64,000 nt of DNA from Eutreptiella sp. 'Long Island Sound 2002' (Eukaryota > Protista > Euglenida), in contig OZ038378.1 of the NCBI GenBank assembly GCA_964036045.1, positions 8,866,001 to 8,930,000 of the forward strand, in the 5' to 3' direction. Made by a program: the position numbers and the translations under genes. Of the stretch, positions 11,454-23,500 are shown piece by piece. Numbering within the stretch: the first letter of the stretch is position 1; each line of letters begins with the position of its first letter. Below the pieces are notes generated by a model. The model had not been told where the DNA came from, made no database searches, and saw only the letters and a list, made by a program, of their open reading frames with translations.

Positions 11454-13387
11454 TGCAAAAAGCATGGATTAGGGCTCCGTATTAAAAGTGGCCCAAAAAG
11501 AGTGCTGTTGTAAGACTTCATGTAGCTTCGGAGCCAGTGCGTGCGTGCACTACTGGGAGATTGGGGTATGAGGTCCTGTGAAAGCGTCGATGCAGTCCTC
11601 TACAGTCCTCTAGTACTCTGCAGGGGGGACTTGCTGTGCAAATGCTGTGGCCAATGCATCTTACAGCACATAAAATCGTAGCAGGAATAGCAACCAGAGG
11701 GCACCTGTGTTCATCTGCTGCGGTACACCTTTGGAACAAAATGGCAGCTGAAGGAGCCGTCCAAAGCATGTGAAGGAACTCAGTAAGCTAACAGGCAGAG
11801 CCTGTGATGTGCGTACTCGGTGCGCGAGAGCGAGTGATGTACAGCGGACCTGCAGGTTCAATTTCTTCGCCCCTGCTCAGGCCCCCCTTGACCCAATGTA
11901 CACACAAATTGATTCCTCCTCAGATCAATGACTGGCCAACCTAGAGCATACTTGGTCCGCTGTTGTACCCTCTGGATTAATAATTTAAGGCCCTAGACCC
12001 AAGAAACAGCATGCACACGTTGGAAGTGGGGAGTGCGGGGGCCATTTGGAATGGTCGCGGGGTGCAACCTGGACAAGCAGCCTAATGAGACGCATGTGCA
12101 GGCGGAGCAGTGTGTGAGGTTAGAGCGCTTCGTTAAATCAGGGTATGTGAAAGGTGGCTCTGTTACTAATCCAGAGGGGGCAAAAACACAGCTGCTGTGG
12201 GCAGGCATTTGCGCCACTGCTCATTGAATGCAAATGCTACTCCCAATATGGGGGGTATGTGAAGGCCTGGCAAAACATGCCTGTCCTGGGCACTGACACT
12301 GCTATTGGCAATAGACAAGAAGACAGAGGCAGTAAGGTGGATGCACATGGATTATCAGCCCGCACATACCTGCGCACATTGAAGATGACGCAAACAATTG
12401 AACATATCCCACAACAGTGTGTGTGTGTCTCTCTCTCTGTTTAATGAATCACGTGCTTGCATGTTTCGCAACAGTCCCGGCTTCAGGACCAAAGGATGGG
12501 TCATACTCAAGCCTCAGCCTCCGCCCATTTGGTCACACGATCTTGCATATCTATGTCACTCATGTCAAGATATTCCTTCCAGTGCAAGCACTGCATTTCC
12601 TAAACGAAGCAACAAGGGGAAACTGGATATAAGAATAGCAAATGATAGGGCCAGAACCCACAACTTGGGTGTGCATCGGCACAAGCAGTCGCAGTGCCTG
12701 GTGCCTACAAAAAAAAACCCACTTTCGCAAGAAACCCTACGAAATTGTACCATAAATCCCCCACTCTTCACCAAAAAGGCCCCCCAAATCCCAAGTCAAC
12801 CACCCTCCTGCCCCAGGCTACTTGAACCGGAAAAAAACCATTCCTCGCAAAAAAAAACCCATTCCTCACGCACCCTCCATTCCTTACCAAAAAGCCCAGA
12901 ACCCCCCATCCCACCCCCGGAGGGGGGTTGCCTGGGACACAAAAAAACGGGCTTCCTCTTGGTACGCACCAATAGTAGTGCCTGAGCTGGAATCAGAGCT
13001 GGCGATAAATTGTTGTTGGGCGTAAGAAATTGGTTCATGAAGCTCAGAAATGTACGTCACATGGTTTTGGAGTCCTGTTTTTTCCCCTTGCGAACGTGAC
13101 CATCAGCCGCCATTCGTTCACGGTGGCCACGGTCAATTTACTAGTCGGTGCTTGTCTATCGCCACCTGCTGCCTTACCATGGAAGAACTCTCGCGCAACC
13201 CTGAACTACCATCGCCCAACCACTGGCGAAGCTCGGGAAAATGACAGACGTCTCGATATCAAATCAACCTCGACACCAAAGGGCTGCACCCCACGCTTGG
13301 TCACTTTCTCCGGTAATTGTGAAAAATTGACGTCTTTAAATGAGGGCAGATTGAAACATGACAACTTTGGGGGAGAGGGAGAAGCAC

Positions 13388-13507
13388 CTTCACTCTCTTC
13401 AAGGACTGGACAATCAGCTTTGCACATCCCATGTTCGTGACGAGAGGTACCAAATAATCCACTGCAGCTCTGCGCAGCTGATATGCTGTGATATTCTCCT
13501 TCTTGTC
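13388..13507 (-). CDS. CPS-like exon, end of MGS domain ([40 protein letters not shown])
   Basis: Acceptor gatcattcag; probable donor GTGCTT at 13387, or read-through to the stop at 13301. Confidence 0.88.
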
Positions 13508-16500
13508 CTGAATGATCAAAGAAAGACTGGGTGAGAATGTAGATCAGCTGGCCTTCATGCGGCATACAACCAATCAGCAAAAGTGCAACAACACAATAAA
13601 TGTATGCATGGGGGACACGCTCACTCGCTCCAGATGTCGCACTGGGCCACATGCGTGTAACTCCATGCAGCAAGGCGCATGGGGAAGAGCAGCCCACACC
13701 TCACACACCCAACCCAGCAACTTGCCTGCCTGTCACTGCAGTAGCAACTTTGGCCCAACCGAAGATCTGAGAATACATGTGCCAAATGAATTTTTTTGGC
13801 TGGCAGAAAAACGCAAAATGGTGAGAGATGCCAAAACGTGCCAGAGAGCTGTGTTTTTTCAGACAAACAATGACAGGATGTGAGAGGGTGGTGTCTGGTA
13901 GTTGAGTCAAAGATTCATTTTACCATCTCAAGCATCCCTGTCCCTGACCCTACTCCTAGCCACTGAGGCACAGACCATGGTGGGAATGTTGATGACAAGG
14001 TCAATCTGGTGCTTCTTGACCAACTCAAGGGCCTTTTCTGCTGGTACCATTGTCAACGGGTAGCCCTGATCCCCGTAGAATGCTGCCGTTCCAGTGGTCC
14101 CATACAACTCGTAACCAAGGCTCTGAAGAATTTGCATATGCTCCAAGAAATCCATTTTCTGATCCAGTGGACCTGCACTAATGAGAATTCTGCCACCTGC
14201 ACAAAGATGTGAAGAGTAACAAGAGGGAAGGGGGAGACATGAAAAGGGGCAGGTAGGTTTGCCGGTCGGTACTTCTGGTTTCACACATTTGGTTGTATTT
14301 TGTGCAGACATGCCTCCAGACCGTGCACCACACGAACAAAAGACAGCAGGGGCGACACGCCTCTGTAACATTGTTAACCAGATATGTGTACGTGAGGCAA
14401 AGGCCGAAATATTACTCCAGGAATGAAGGGCTGTTGGGAAGTGTGCGGCCCGTTAATCAGCGACACTTTTGGAGCCCAGGTGCCTTGGGCTAAACTGGTT
14501 CACCACTCCATGTGTGTCTCCCCCCTTCCCAATTTTGATCAGCATGACAGCTTAGGGCACACAGCACAGTTTCCTGATTACCAGTTTGCAATGCCTTGTT
14601 TTGCGGGCTATCTTGGACGTGATGCCAAGGCCCAGCGAGGGCCAGAACAACGTGCACTCGGAATGTACCTTTGCACACAATAGGTGCTCGTAGATCAAAA
14701 AAACAAGTAATGTATGAATTACATCAGCAGGTTGTGCATGTGATATGTACACTTTTTTTTTTGTAAAATCAGTGGGACTTTAGCCTGGCCCATGCGTTTT
14801 CTGCTGGTAAATGCAAAGAGCATGTGTGTGATCAATGTACGTGAGTGATTGCGTTGCAGGGTCCAGAATCACCCGGCCAGGGAGGGAGGTAATGCACCTG
14901 CGGAAAAATGGGGAAACAGGAAAACTGGAGGGAAATTGGGGGAAACGGGGCAAATGGGGGATATGGGGGGAAATGGGGGTAAAAGTGGGCAACAAATAGT
15001 CTACATGGGTTGGCCCAAAGATAGCAATTTTTTTGGGCGACCCTTGACGACCTCCAGAAACCCTTGGGCCAAGCTTGCGTGATCAGTTCATTACAATGGG
15101 ACCACATATGCACCCATGGGGAGCCATGTAGCACCAACCAAGCCCTCCTTGTGGTGTTTATTGGGCCCTAAAAGCTTTGCACCGTGGTGGGCCTATGCCG
15201 GCAAAATGGTTGGCCTATAGCCGGCACTATGCGCCAATTGGGACCATGGTCAAATTCCACTTTATTTTTTCTGTATGGAACCCCTAACTGATGGTGGGAT
15301 GCCAGGCTGTTACCTGAATTGGCCCCTCCTGTGGGGCCCCACCGGTGAGGATGTAGCCATTTGCAGACCGGGTGACCTCCAACAACCCCTGGGAACCCTT
15401 GACCTGCATGGGCAATCATTCGGTGACAATGGAAGTACATATAACCCATAGGAAGCCATGTTACCAATTAGGCCCTCCTCGTCCTGTTTATTGGGCCCAA
15501 AAAGCCTTTTGGTGCTTGTTTGCACGGTTGCGAGCAAAACATGGTTGGCCTATAAACACCACTGTGTGTAGATCCAAACCTTGGCTGCATTCCTCTTGTT
15601 TCTTGTATGTTGACCCCTTTATCAATGGTGGGGTCCCAGGCTCTACCTCTGGGTACCCCCAAAAGCCCTCCGTATGGGGCCCCACTGGTGAGGGTTTAAC
15701 CATTTTGGGGCGAGCATGGGTGGGGTGATAAGTCGTGATTTCGCTGAGTGGCTTTGGTGCAAGCTTGGGTCATCATTTGGTGACAATGGAAATACAGATA
15801 AACCCCTGGGGAAGCACCTGGCACCAATTAGGCCGACCTATGGGGTGTCCAATGGCCTAGGGGAGGGCTAGTTCTGAGCAACATCAGCCCACTCTGGGGC
15901 CACTTGGTGGTGCATTGCTCAGGGCGATTCTTTGCAAGGTGACCTTGCCAAAAGCAATAAAATTTTCAATTTTGAGCCAAAAAAAGCTTTGTTGGGTCCA
16001 AAATCTGTGTGCACACAGGAAGTGTGGGATGTTGCGGTTCTTTGCCATTGTTGCTCACACGTTGGGATGTGGCAGCCTCGATGACCCTGTGGCATTCCCT
16101 TAGAGGGGTGAGATTGGGGATGTGGCGACAGTATACGCATGGTAGGATGCAAAAGGACACGCTTTGCAGCTTCTAGTCTTGCCAGGGGCTCACAAAATCA
16201 CTGTTTGCACTGACAAACCCCCGTTGCGAAATCTGCTGAGACAGGATTTCATCAACAACTAAAAATATTGGCCATTGTTGCTGTTGTTACAACCAGTTCG
16301 CTGCAAGGTGGACTTCCCAAAGGCAATAGCACGTGGAAATACTAACAGTAAGCATGGCGCCCTTGGGGAGCAGCAAAATCTACTTGAGAGGGAGAATGAA
16401 AGTGGAATGATGATTCGGGCATGCCAGATATGAACCTTCCGTGCACCAGGTCAGGGTGAGGCAGCACCTTTTTCAGGCAGACTGAAGCCAGTTCCCATGA

Positions 16501-19500
16501 TAGCAGTCAGGAAAGCATCATACACCTCCTCACCAAAACAGGCCACTGCCCCTGTAGACTGCATCTCAGCTCCCGCCACTGGGTCCATGCCCGCATGCCA
16601 TGTAGTTGCAAAGATGGGGGCCTTCACAGCCACATAATCCAATTCGTACGTGTTGACAAACTGGGTCTTCACCAAGCGGTCCAAGGCACATCGTGTGGCC
16701 ACACTCGCAAAATCCACATTCAGGACCTGCAGCCCAGCACAATGGCAGCACGACGATGCAGGCCCGTTGCTCATTGCTGGCATTCAAACCCCAGTCCACC
16801 ATAGCCACCGACTGACCATCAACCACTCATCAGTTGGCCACCTTTCGCCCCAAGAGAGCAGGCCTTGTCGAACTCACCTCGTTTCCTTCCAAAAGTCCAG
16901 GTGCTCCCATCCACATGCCTGTGCATTTCTCAATCCGGGAGAACACTTCTCTCGGTTCATGTTACTTCAAAACGGCCACAGTACCACAGCACAAAAGCTC
17001 TCCTCCACCACAACAGGGATACTACTGATGTACTGGGCCCGGACCTCCATGCCCCCCAACCAGTCCGAAGGGGTTTTGTGTTTCATTGTGTTTAGTTTCG
17101 TAAGCACCATTTCTGCCTCGCAGCCGCATGCGTGTGTACAGCTGGGGCAGAGTTGCACACCTTTGAGGTAAATGCCAAAGTGCGACTAGCGTAGGGGTGG
17201 AAATCCGAAACGTACAACACCGTTCCTGAGGACAGCGCCAAAGTGCATTCATGCAAGAGTCTCAGAAGACACAATCAGCCCTACACATCACGCCGGAGAG
17301 ATATCAAAAAAGATGTTTGGTGACGGGGACACAAACAGAGGTGCGGCCTCAGACGCTGTTGTAATTGCAAGCGGGCGCAGAGTGCCACAAGAAATGGGAG
17401 GTTGCAGACTGCTGTCAAGTGTTGTTGCCCAGTGGTGACCCAAAGTCGGTGCTTCCCGTTGATTGACGTCGGTTTGCGTCGTGACTGCCGTACTGTTCAA
17501 CTGCGACGGATTTCAGGCTTCCTGCCAGAGTATGCGTGATATGAACAACAGCGAGGGGTGAGGTCGTGCACCAGGGGCCGAATTCTCGCGTTGCCCAGTT
17601 CCCGTTCTAGGTATAGGTATCGTAGAGGACATGCGAAGTGACCACTGCAAATCAGGTCAGGGTAGTGGCTCAGCCTTTAGGTGATGCTGCAAACACTACT
17701 TCATGTGGACACGGCCAATGCCATGCACAAACGATTGCTGCAGACAACCAGAGAACGGAAATACCTTTCTCAAATATGTGCATTTTGAATGGTCCATTGA
17801 TCTTCAGAGCTGATGCGAGCTGATGAGCAATCTTTTCAATGCGGCGCCCAGTCTCGACACGGACCTTCTGCGCGGGCAACACCAGTGTAGCATCGCCGGC
17901 ATGAATGCCTAGGAAAAGGGGGCCAGGTTTCAGATTGGCACTGGGCTGCGTGGACACATCCCAGGAGCTGGTGTCAATTGCACAACATCGGGACATGCAT
18001 CCCGAATCATTGTTAGGCCTCTGCACAACGGAATTCAGCGTTGTTGAGTATACACACCCGTCTTTTCGACGTGCTCGATCAAACCAAATACAACCACACG
18101 ACCATCACGGGCCACAGCATCCATCTCAATTTCCTGCAATGAATAAAAAAGGGGGGAATACAATCAAGACACACGAACGATGTGGGCGTCGGGGAACTGT
18201 AGCTGCAGGGCTCGCACATCCTCCTGTGCGCATTTTGTGTATTCACCCGAATTACCAGGTTGCTGCTCTAATGTATCTGGTATTGTTCCACAGGATCAAC
18301 AGCAAAGCAAAAACTGCCTTGATATACTCCACGGGGGTTGCTCAGGGCACATACCTGAGCACCTGCAAGGATCTCAATGACCATCATTGGGAACTCCTTG
18401 CTGACCACAGTGCGAGACAAAAAGGCGCCGAGCTCCTCCGGCCAGTACACAATCTGGCGCTTATCCTCCCTCATTGAGGGCTGCACCATACAAGGATACC
18501 CAATCGCTTTGGCAGAGGCCATTACAGCTTCATGGGACTCCACAAGTTCCCTGTGAAAGAGAGTTCAAATGCAGCAGCCACATCTAATTCCATTGCAACG
18601 GCAATACATAAGCACACATCAATGCACTGGGCAGAATTACCAGCATGAGGGAAACAAATAATCTTTGGCTTGCATGCCTGCTAAATGCTTAGTGTGTCCT
18701 GCCATAACCTCCTGTCTTCTCATATGCAAGCAGCCCAAAACAGCTATTTTTTGGTGATATTTCTTAGAAAAATTTTGTCGCCAAAAGGGGGGGTTGGGGG
18801 GGGATTCCCCCCACCTTGTATCTATCACTCTACCAATAGCTGCTGCACTAGAGACACGCCCTGGGCAATTGTACACAATGCTGGCCTCTGCAGGCTGTGG
18901 GCATTGCGCAGCATGCCCTGCGGGGTGACTCTTGGCCAGATCATGCCTTGGCCGATGATGAAAATCTTTTGCACATGGCATCCCTTCCCCCCATGAGTCA
19001 TACTGCTCAGAATGACCCCTCAAGTATCTGCCTGTCTTTGCTGTTGGGATCCCAATCCCTGGGGAGGGATAACATGATGTTGTGCCATGTTTCATGCCCA
19101 CACATGCCTGTTCAGCGCGACATGGGGAGCATCTTGACAATATATTTTGGGTTACCTGTGACCCTCGCCCCCTCTGCTGACAACTGTCCTCCTCTCGTTT
19201 ACCAACATACGTCACTGAATGTGAAGCCTGCTAGCACTGGCAGGGGAGTGGACACCCAGTGGGCAGACTGCTGCAGTGGGACAGACATTCCACTCTCACT
19301 GAACCCCCCTCACCCCCACAATCCCCTAGAACTGACCTTGATCAACAAGGAGGTCATACAAAAACCACTGGTTGTACTGTAACTGGAACTGCCAGAACTG
19401 TACTATTGCCACTGTCACCATCACTGGTGGAGGAATCTGCAGAATTAACCCCAACATTGGCAGTTACAATATCCTGCCCTGTAACAGCAATTCATGCAAA

Positions 19501-20479
19501 CACTGAAGCCACAATATCCTGCCAAAAACATCAGGTCACATCTGACAATTGATTTCGGTCTCAGGATTTGGAATTTCCAACTGTGGCCCCTTATAAGTAT
19601 TGTGACAAGTCAGAAAAAACAGACCCCCCCCCCAGTGGCGCCAAAATTCTATTGGCTTCGGCAAGGCACCTCAAAAAGAGACGACTAACTGTTGGCCAGA
19701 GACGTCCTTGGGGGCAGGGAGGGGTTTCAGTGGCCAATGGACCGGGTTATATGGGCCTAGCGGCCAATATGTGGGTCCCCATGGGTGCTCAAGTACCCAT
19801 CTTGTCGCCAAATGACCACCCAGACCCATCCCAGGGGCAACAGGAGGGTTTCGCAAAAACCAAAATTCCCAAAAATTTTCAGGTGCCATCAAACAACTTA
19901 AACACAGCAATTTCAGGGCTTTCTGGGGGGCCATGGCCCGGGCTACATGGGCCTAGTGGCCACTGTGTGGGTCCCCATGGGTGCTCAAAACCATATTGTC
20001 ACCAAATGACCACCCAAACGAATCCCGGGGGGATTGAAGGGTTTTGGAAAAAGCCAAATTTTCAGAAATTCAGGTGCATAACCAGCGCAAACACTAGCAA
20101 TTTGGGTTTTCGGGGGCAATTTTGGGGGGCCATGGCTACATGGGCCTAGCGGCCACTACGTCGGTCCCCATGAACACTTGAGGACCCGTATTGTCACCAA
20201 AGGACCACCCAAACCAATCCTATGACCAATTGTGCACCAGATTGGTGCATTGTCCCCAGTGGTAGATGCACTTGCCTACACAATCAAAGAGGTGGGTTCA
20301 ATTCCCGCCATTGGAAGTTGTTGGGGCGCTTTTTTTGGCCGAAAAGAAACAGTCAGCGGTCGAGCAGTATAACACTCACCCAACATTTGGCCTAGCGTCG
20401 GTTCGAATCCTGGCCAGCGACCGAGATGATTTTTGCAGCCAATTTGAAACGCGAAGTTTCCCACGAGCTTGACTAGCCG

Positions 20480-20555
<76 letters not shown>

Positions 20556-23500
20556 ACCGGATTTCATGCCAACACGGAGCGTTTTCAGGGGTTGGTGCCT
20601 TTCTTGCCTCATTTGTGCCCGCTGACTGTCCCAAAGGGGGGGGTATGTGGGGTATATTTGGAAAGCCCTTGAAAAGGGCTATTTGGAACACCTGGGTTCG
20701 CATGGTGTACTAGCGACATGTTTGAGAGGTTCGTCCGTTTTGGACAGCATGTGTACTGCCTGCTGCCTCTCTTTGTCAACAGGCAGCTACTATGTCTATA
20801 TACAAATTCACGCAACGTGCTGTAGCGTCCCCTGACGCACCACAAAAACCTTTGGTGCGCAAAAGGGCTCGCTCTGGGGGTGCAGAGTGGGTGTGTGTGA
20901 CTCGGGGTCCTGCCAGGCAAACGCAAGGTCAGGCTCACCAAACAACGGAATGTCGACCTCACAACAGATGGTCTTTGGGCAATGCCTCTGAATTCAGGGT
21001 TGGTACCGGTAAAGAGTCGCAGGCTGCAGGATTGGCAAAAGCTGAAAAAATATGTTCTAAACAATAAGCATGGTGATGTTTGCCCAAATGGGGTCCCAGC
21101 CCTGCCTGAAAAAGACAACGCAAATGATGATTCGGAATAAGCGAGTGTGACATATTCAGTGCATGTTTGCATGCCGGCTTTGCAGCAGCCCGGGGGTCAA
21201 AACTCTGAAAGACCGAAAAGTTTGGCTTCAGTACTGAAAAATATGGTCAGCTACCCCCCTCTAACCCATACATTTCTGAAACAGCCTTTTCTCACAGATT
21301 TCAAAAAGTATACACATACCCCCCCCCGACAGAATGAAATTTTGGTGCTTTGGACAAAAAATTGAGAAAAACCTGAAAAAACACGAATTTGCTCCGCGTT
21401 GGCATGTTATGAATGTCCCCGAGAGATATAGCCACTAGACTAACCATGTATTGCTGCAGCTCACATACAAAGTGTGGTACATCCATTCTATTGGCCGAAT
21501 TCCGAATTTCTGCAAACATGCACTGCAGGCACACCGTGGTAACGCCCTACTACACGGGAGTACTTCCCCCAGGGCTATGGCACGTGAGGCAGTGTGTCCA
21601 ATCCCACAAACCGCAGCATTTTCAATTGTGGCATCAATATTTTCATTTCCCAAAAGACTGTGAGCATTTTAAAGTATTGTTAAGGCATGTGAATGGCATT
21701 TTTGATTCCAAATGTACATGAAATGAAATTTTTGGCGCCTTCACAAATGGGTGGTAGCAGGTAGGTTTGCTGCAAAGGCTGAGTAAATGTGCCCGTTGGG
21801 ACTTCCCGATGTACGCACAAATAAATTGCTTACATTGGGGAAGCGGCCGGGGAAAATACTTTTAGTCAGCGAGAGTAGGATATCCCTCTATTACCTCTAC
21901 CATTCATTCTCTGTGGCACCTCTCACACACGAATGCTGCCTCTGCCCCTCAGCATCCCCCCATGCCAATGCCGGCATGCTTCACCTTCAGCCATTCCCAT
22001 GACAGTGAGAGTGCTCACCACTACTGATGTGGGAAATGTAATGAGCGATGCGCAACATTTCCAAGCATTTTGCTGTTGGGTTTTGTTTTCACATCCATGT
22101 GGTGTTCCAACAGCAACGGCATTTAGATGGCATCACAGCTCCATAGCAGTGATCAAGGGCGGATTGGATCTACCCAAAGAGGGGGGAGGTGGCGGCACTT
22201 GGGGGGGGGGGGGTTGGCATGAAGCCTGGCTGGATTGCTATGTGAGGCCAGCNNNNNNNNNNNNNNNNNNNNNNNNNNNNNNNNNNNNNNNNNNNNNNNN
22301 NNNNNNNNNNNNNNNNNNNNNNNNNNNNNNNNNNNNNNNNNNNNNNNNNNNNNNNNNNNNNNNNNNNNNNNNNNNNNNNNNNNNNNNNNNNNNNNNNNNN
22401 NNNNNNNNNNNNNNNNNNNNNNNNNNNNNNNNNNNNNNNNNNNNNNNNNNNNAATTTCCAGATGGTTTCAGGTTCAATTCACCGGTATGTCAGAGAAATG
22501 GGTCCGAGACCGTGTCTACTTCGTGTTTTAGCCTCTGGTACCTGCGCTGCGCTGCACTGTTTTGTCGTGCACCCTGCCCCATGTTGCCTTTTTGCCCCTC
22601 CCCATTTCCTTTGCACATTTTGTTTTCAAGTGACCACCACAATGTCAAAACGCACAGCCACAGGCCCCTCCGGGTAAAACAGTGCCCGGGATAACCAAGT
22701 CCTATTCATGGAGGTGTTGCCACGACGAAGACCGAATCATGCGTCGCCGGTTGCCCTGCTTTTGCAGCAAGTGTGTCGCGGGAGATTGGGATGCATGCAA
22801 AAATGCCCTAGTTTCTGGGCCTTGGGATTCTTGTAAAGTTCGCGAAAAGGCATCCAATGCATCCCAAGACTCCGAATGTGCTTCCCAAGCATCCGATTTG
22901 TCGGACATGTCGGACGATTCGTGTTTTGCATAAATCTGCTACCACCGTCCACATGCCCTGTCTGCTCGTACTGCCCTCCAGAGCGAAATTTTTGATGGTT
23001 CCGGCCATTTTTCTCAAAAATATGGTCACCTACCCCCCCCCCCCCCCAACCCATACATCTCCGAAAAGCCCTTTTCAAGGCCATTTCAAAAAGGTATAAT
23101 ATACCCCCCCCTACGAGACACGTAGCAACGGGAAAAAGGCCAACACTGGCAAAAATCCATCAAAACCATCAATGACCCCCCCCCCCCCCCGGTTTTCGGA
23201 CATATATATACCAGAGGCTAAAAACACGAAGTAAACACGGTCTCGGACCCATTTCTCTGACATACCGGTGAGTTGAAACCTGAAACCATCGGCAAATTAA
23301 AGCCATTTCCAAGGGCTTTCGGAAAAATATACACATACCCCCCCTATCGAACAATATTTTTGCGCCCCGGACCCGAAACCATCAAAACCACCGAAAAGGG
23401 CCAATGACCCCCCCCCCCAGGTTTTCGGACATATATATACATATATATCTCTCGGCATCATCGACTGTTGCGCCAACTCGGTGGGTTTTCGGAGGTCGGT

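Noticed and set aside
20276-20703. ORFs with (RE)n or (LS)n runs
   Set aside because: Translations of the (CT)n microsatellite
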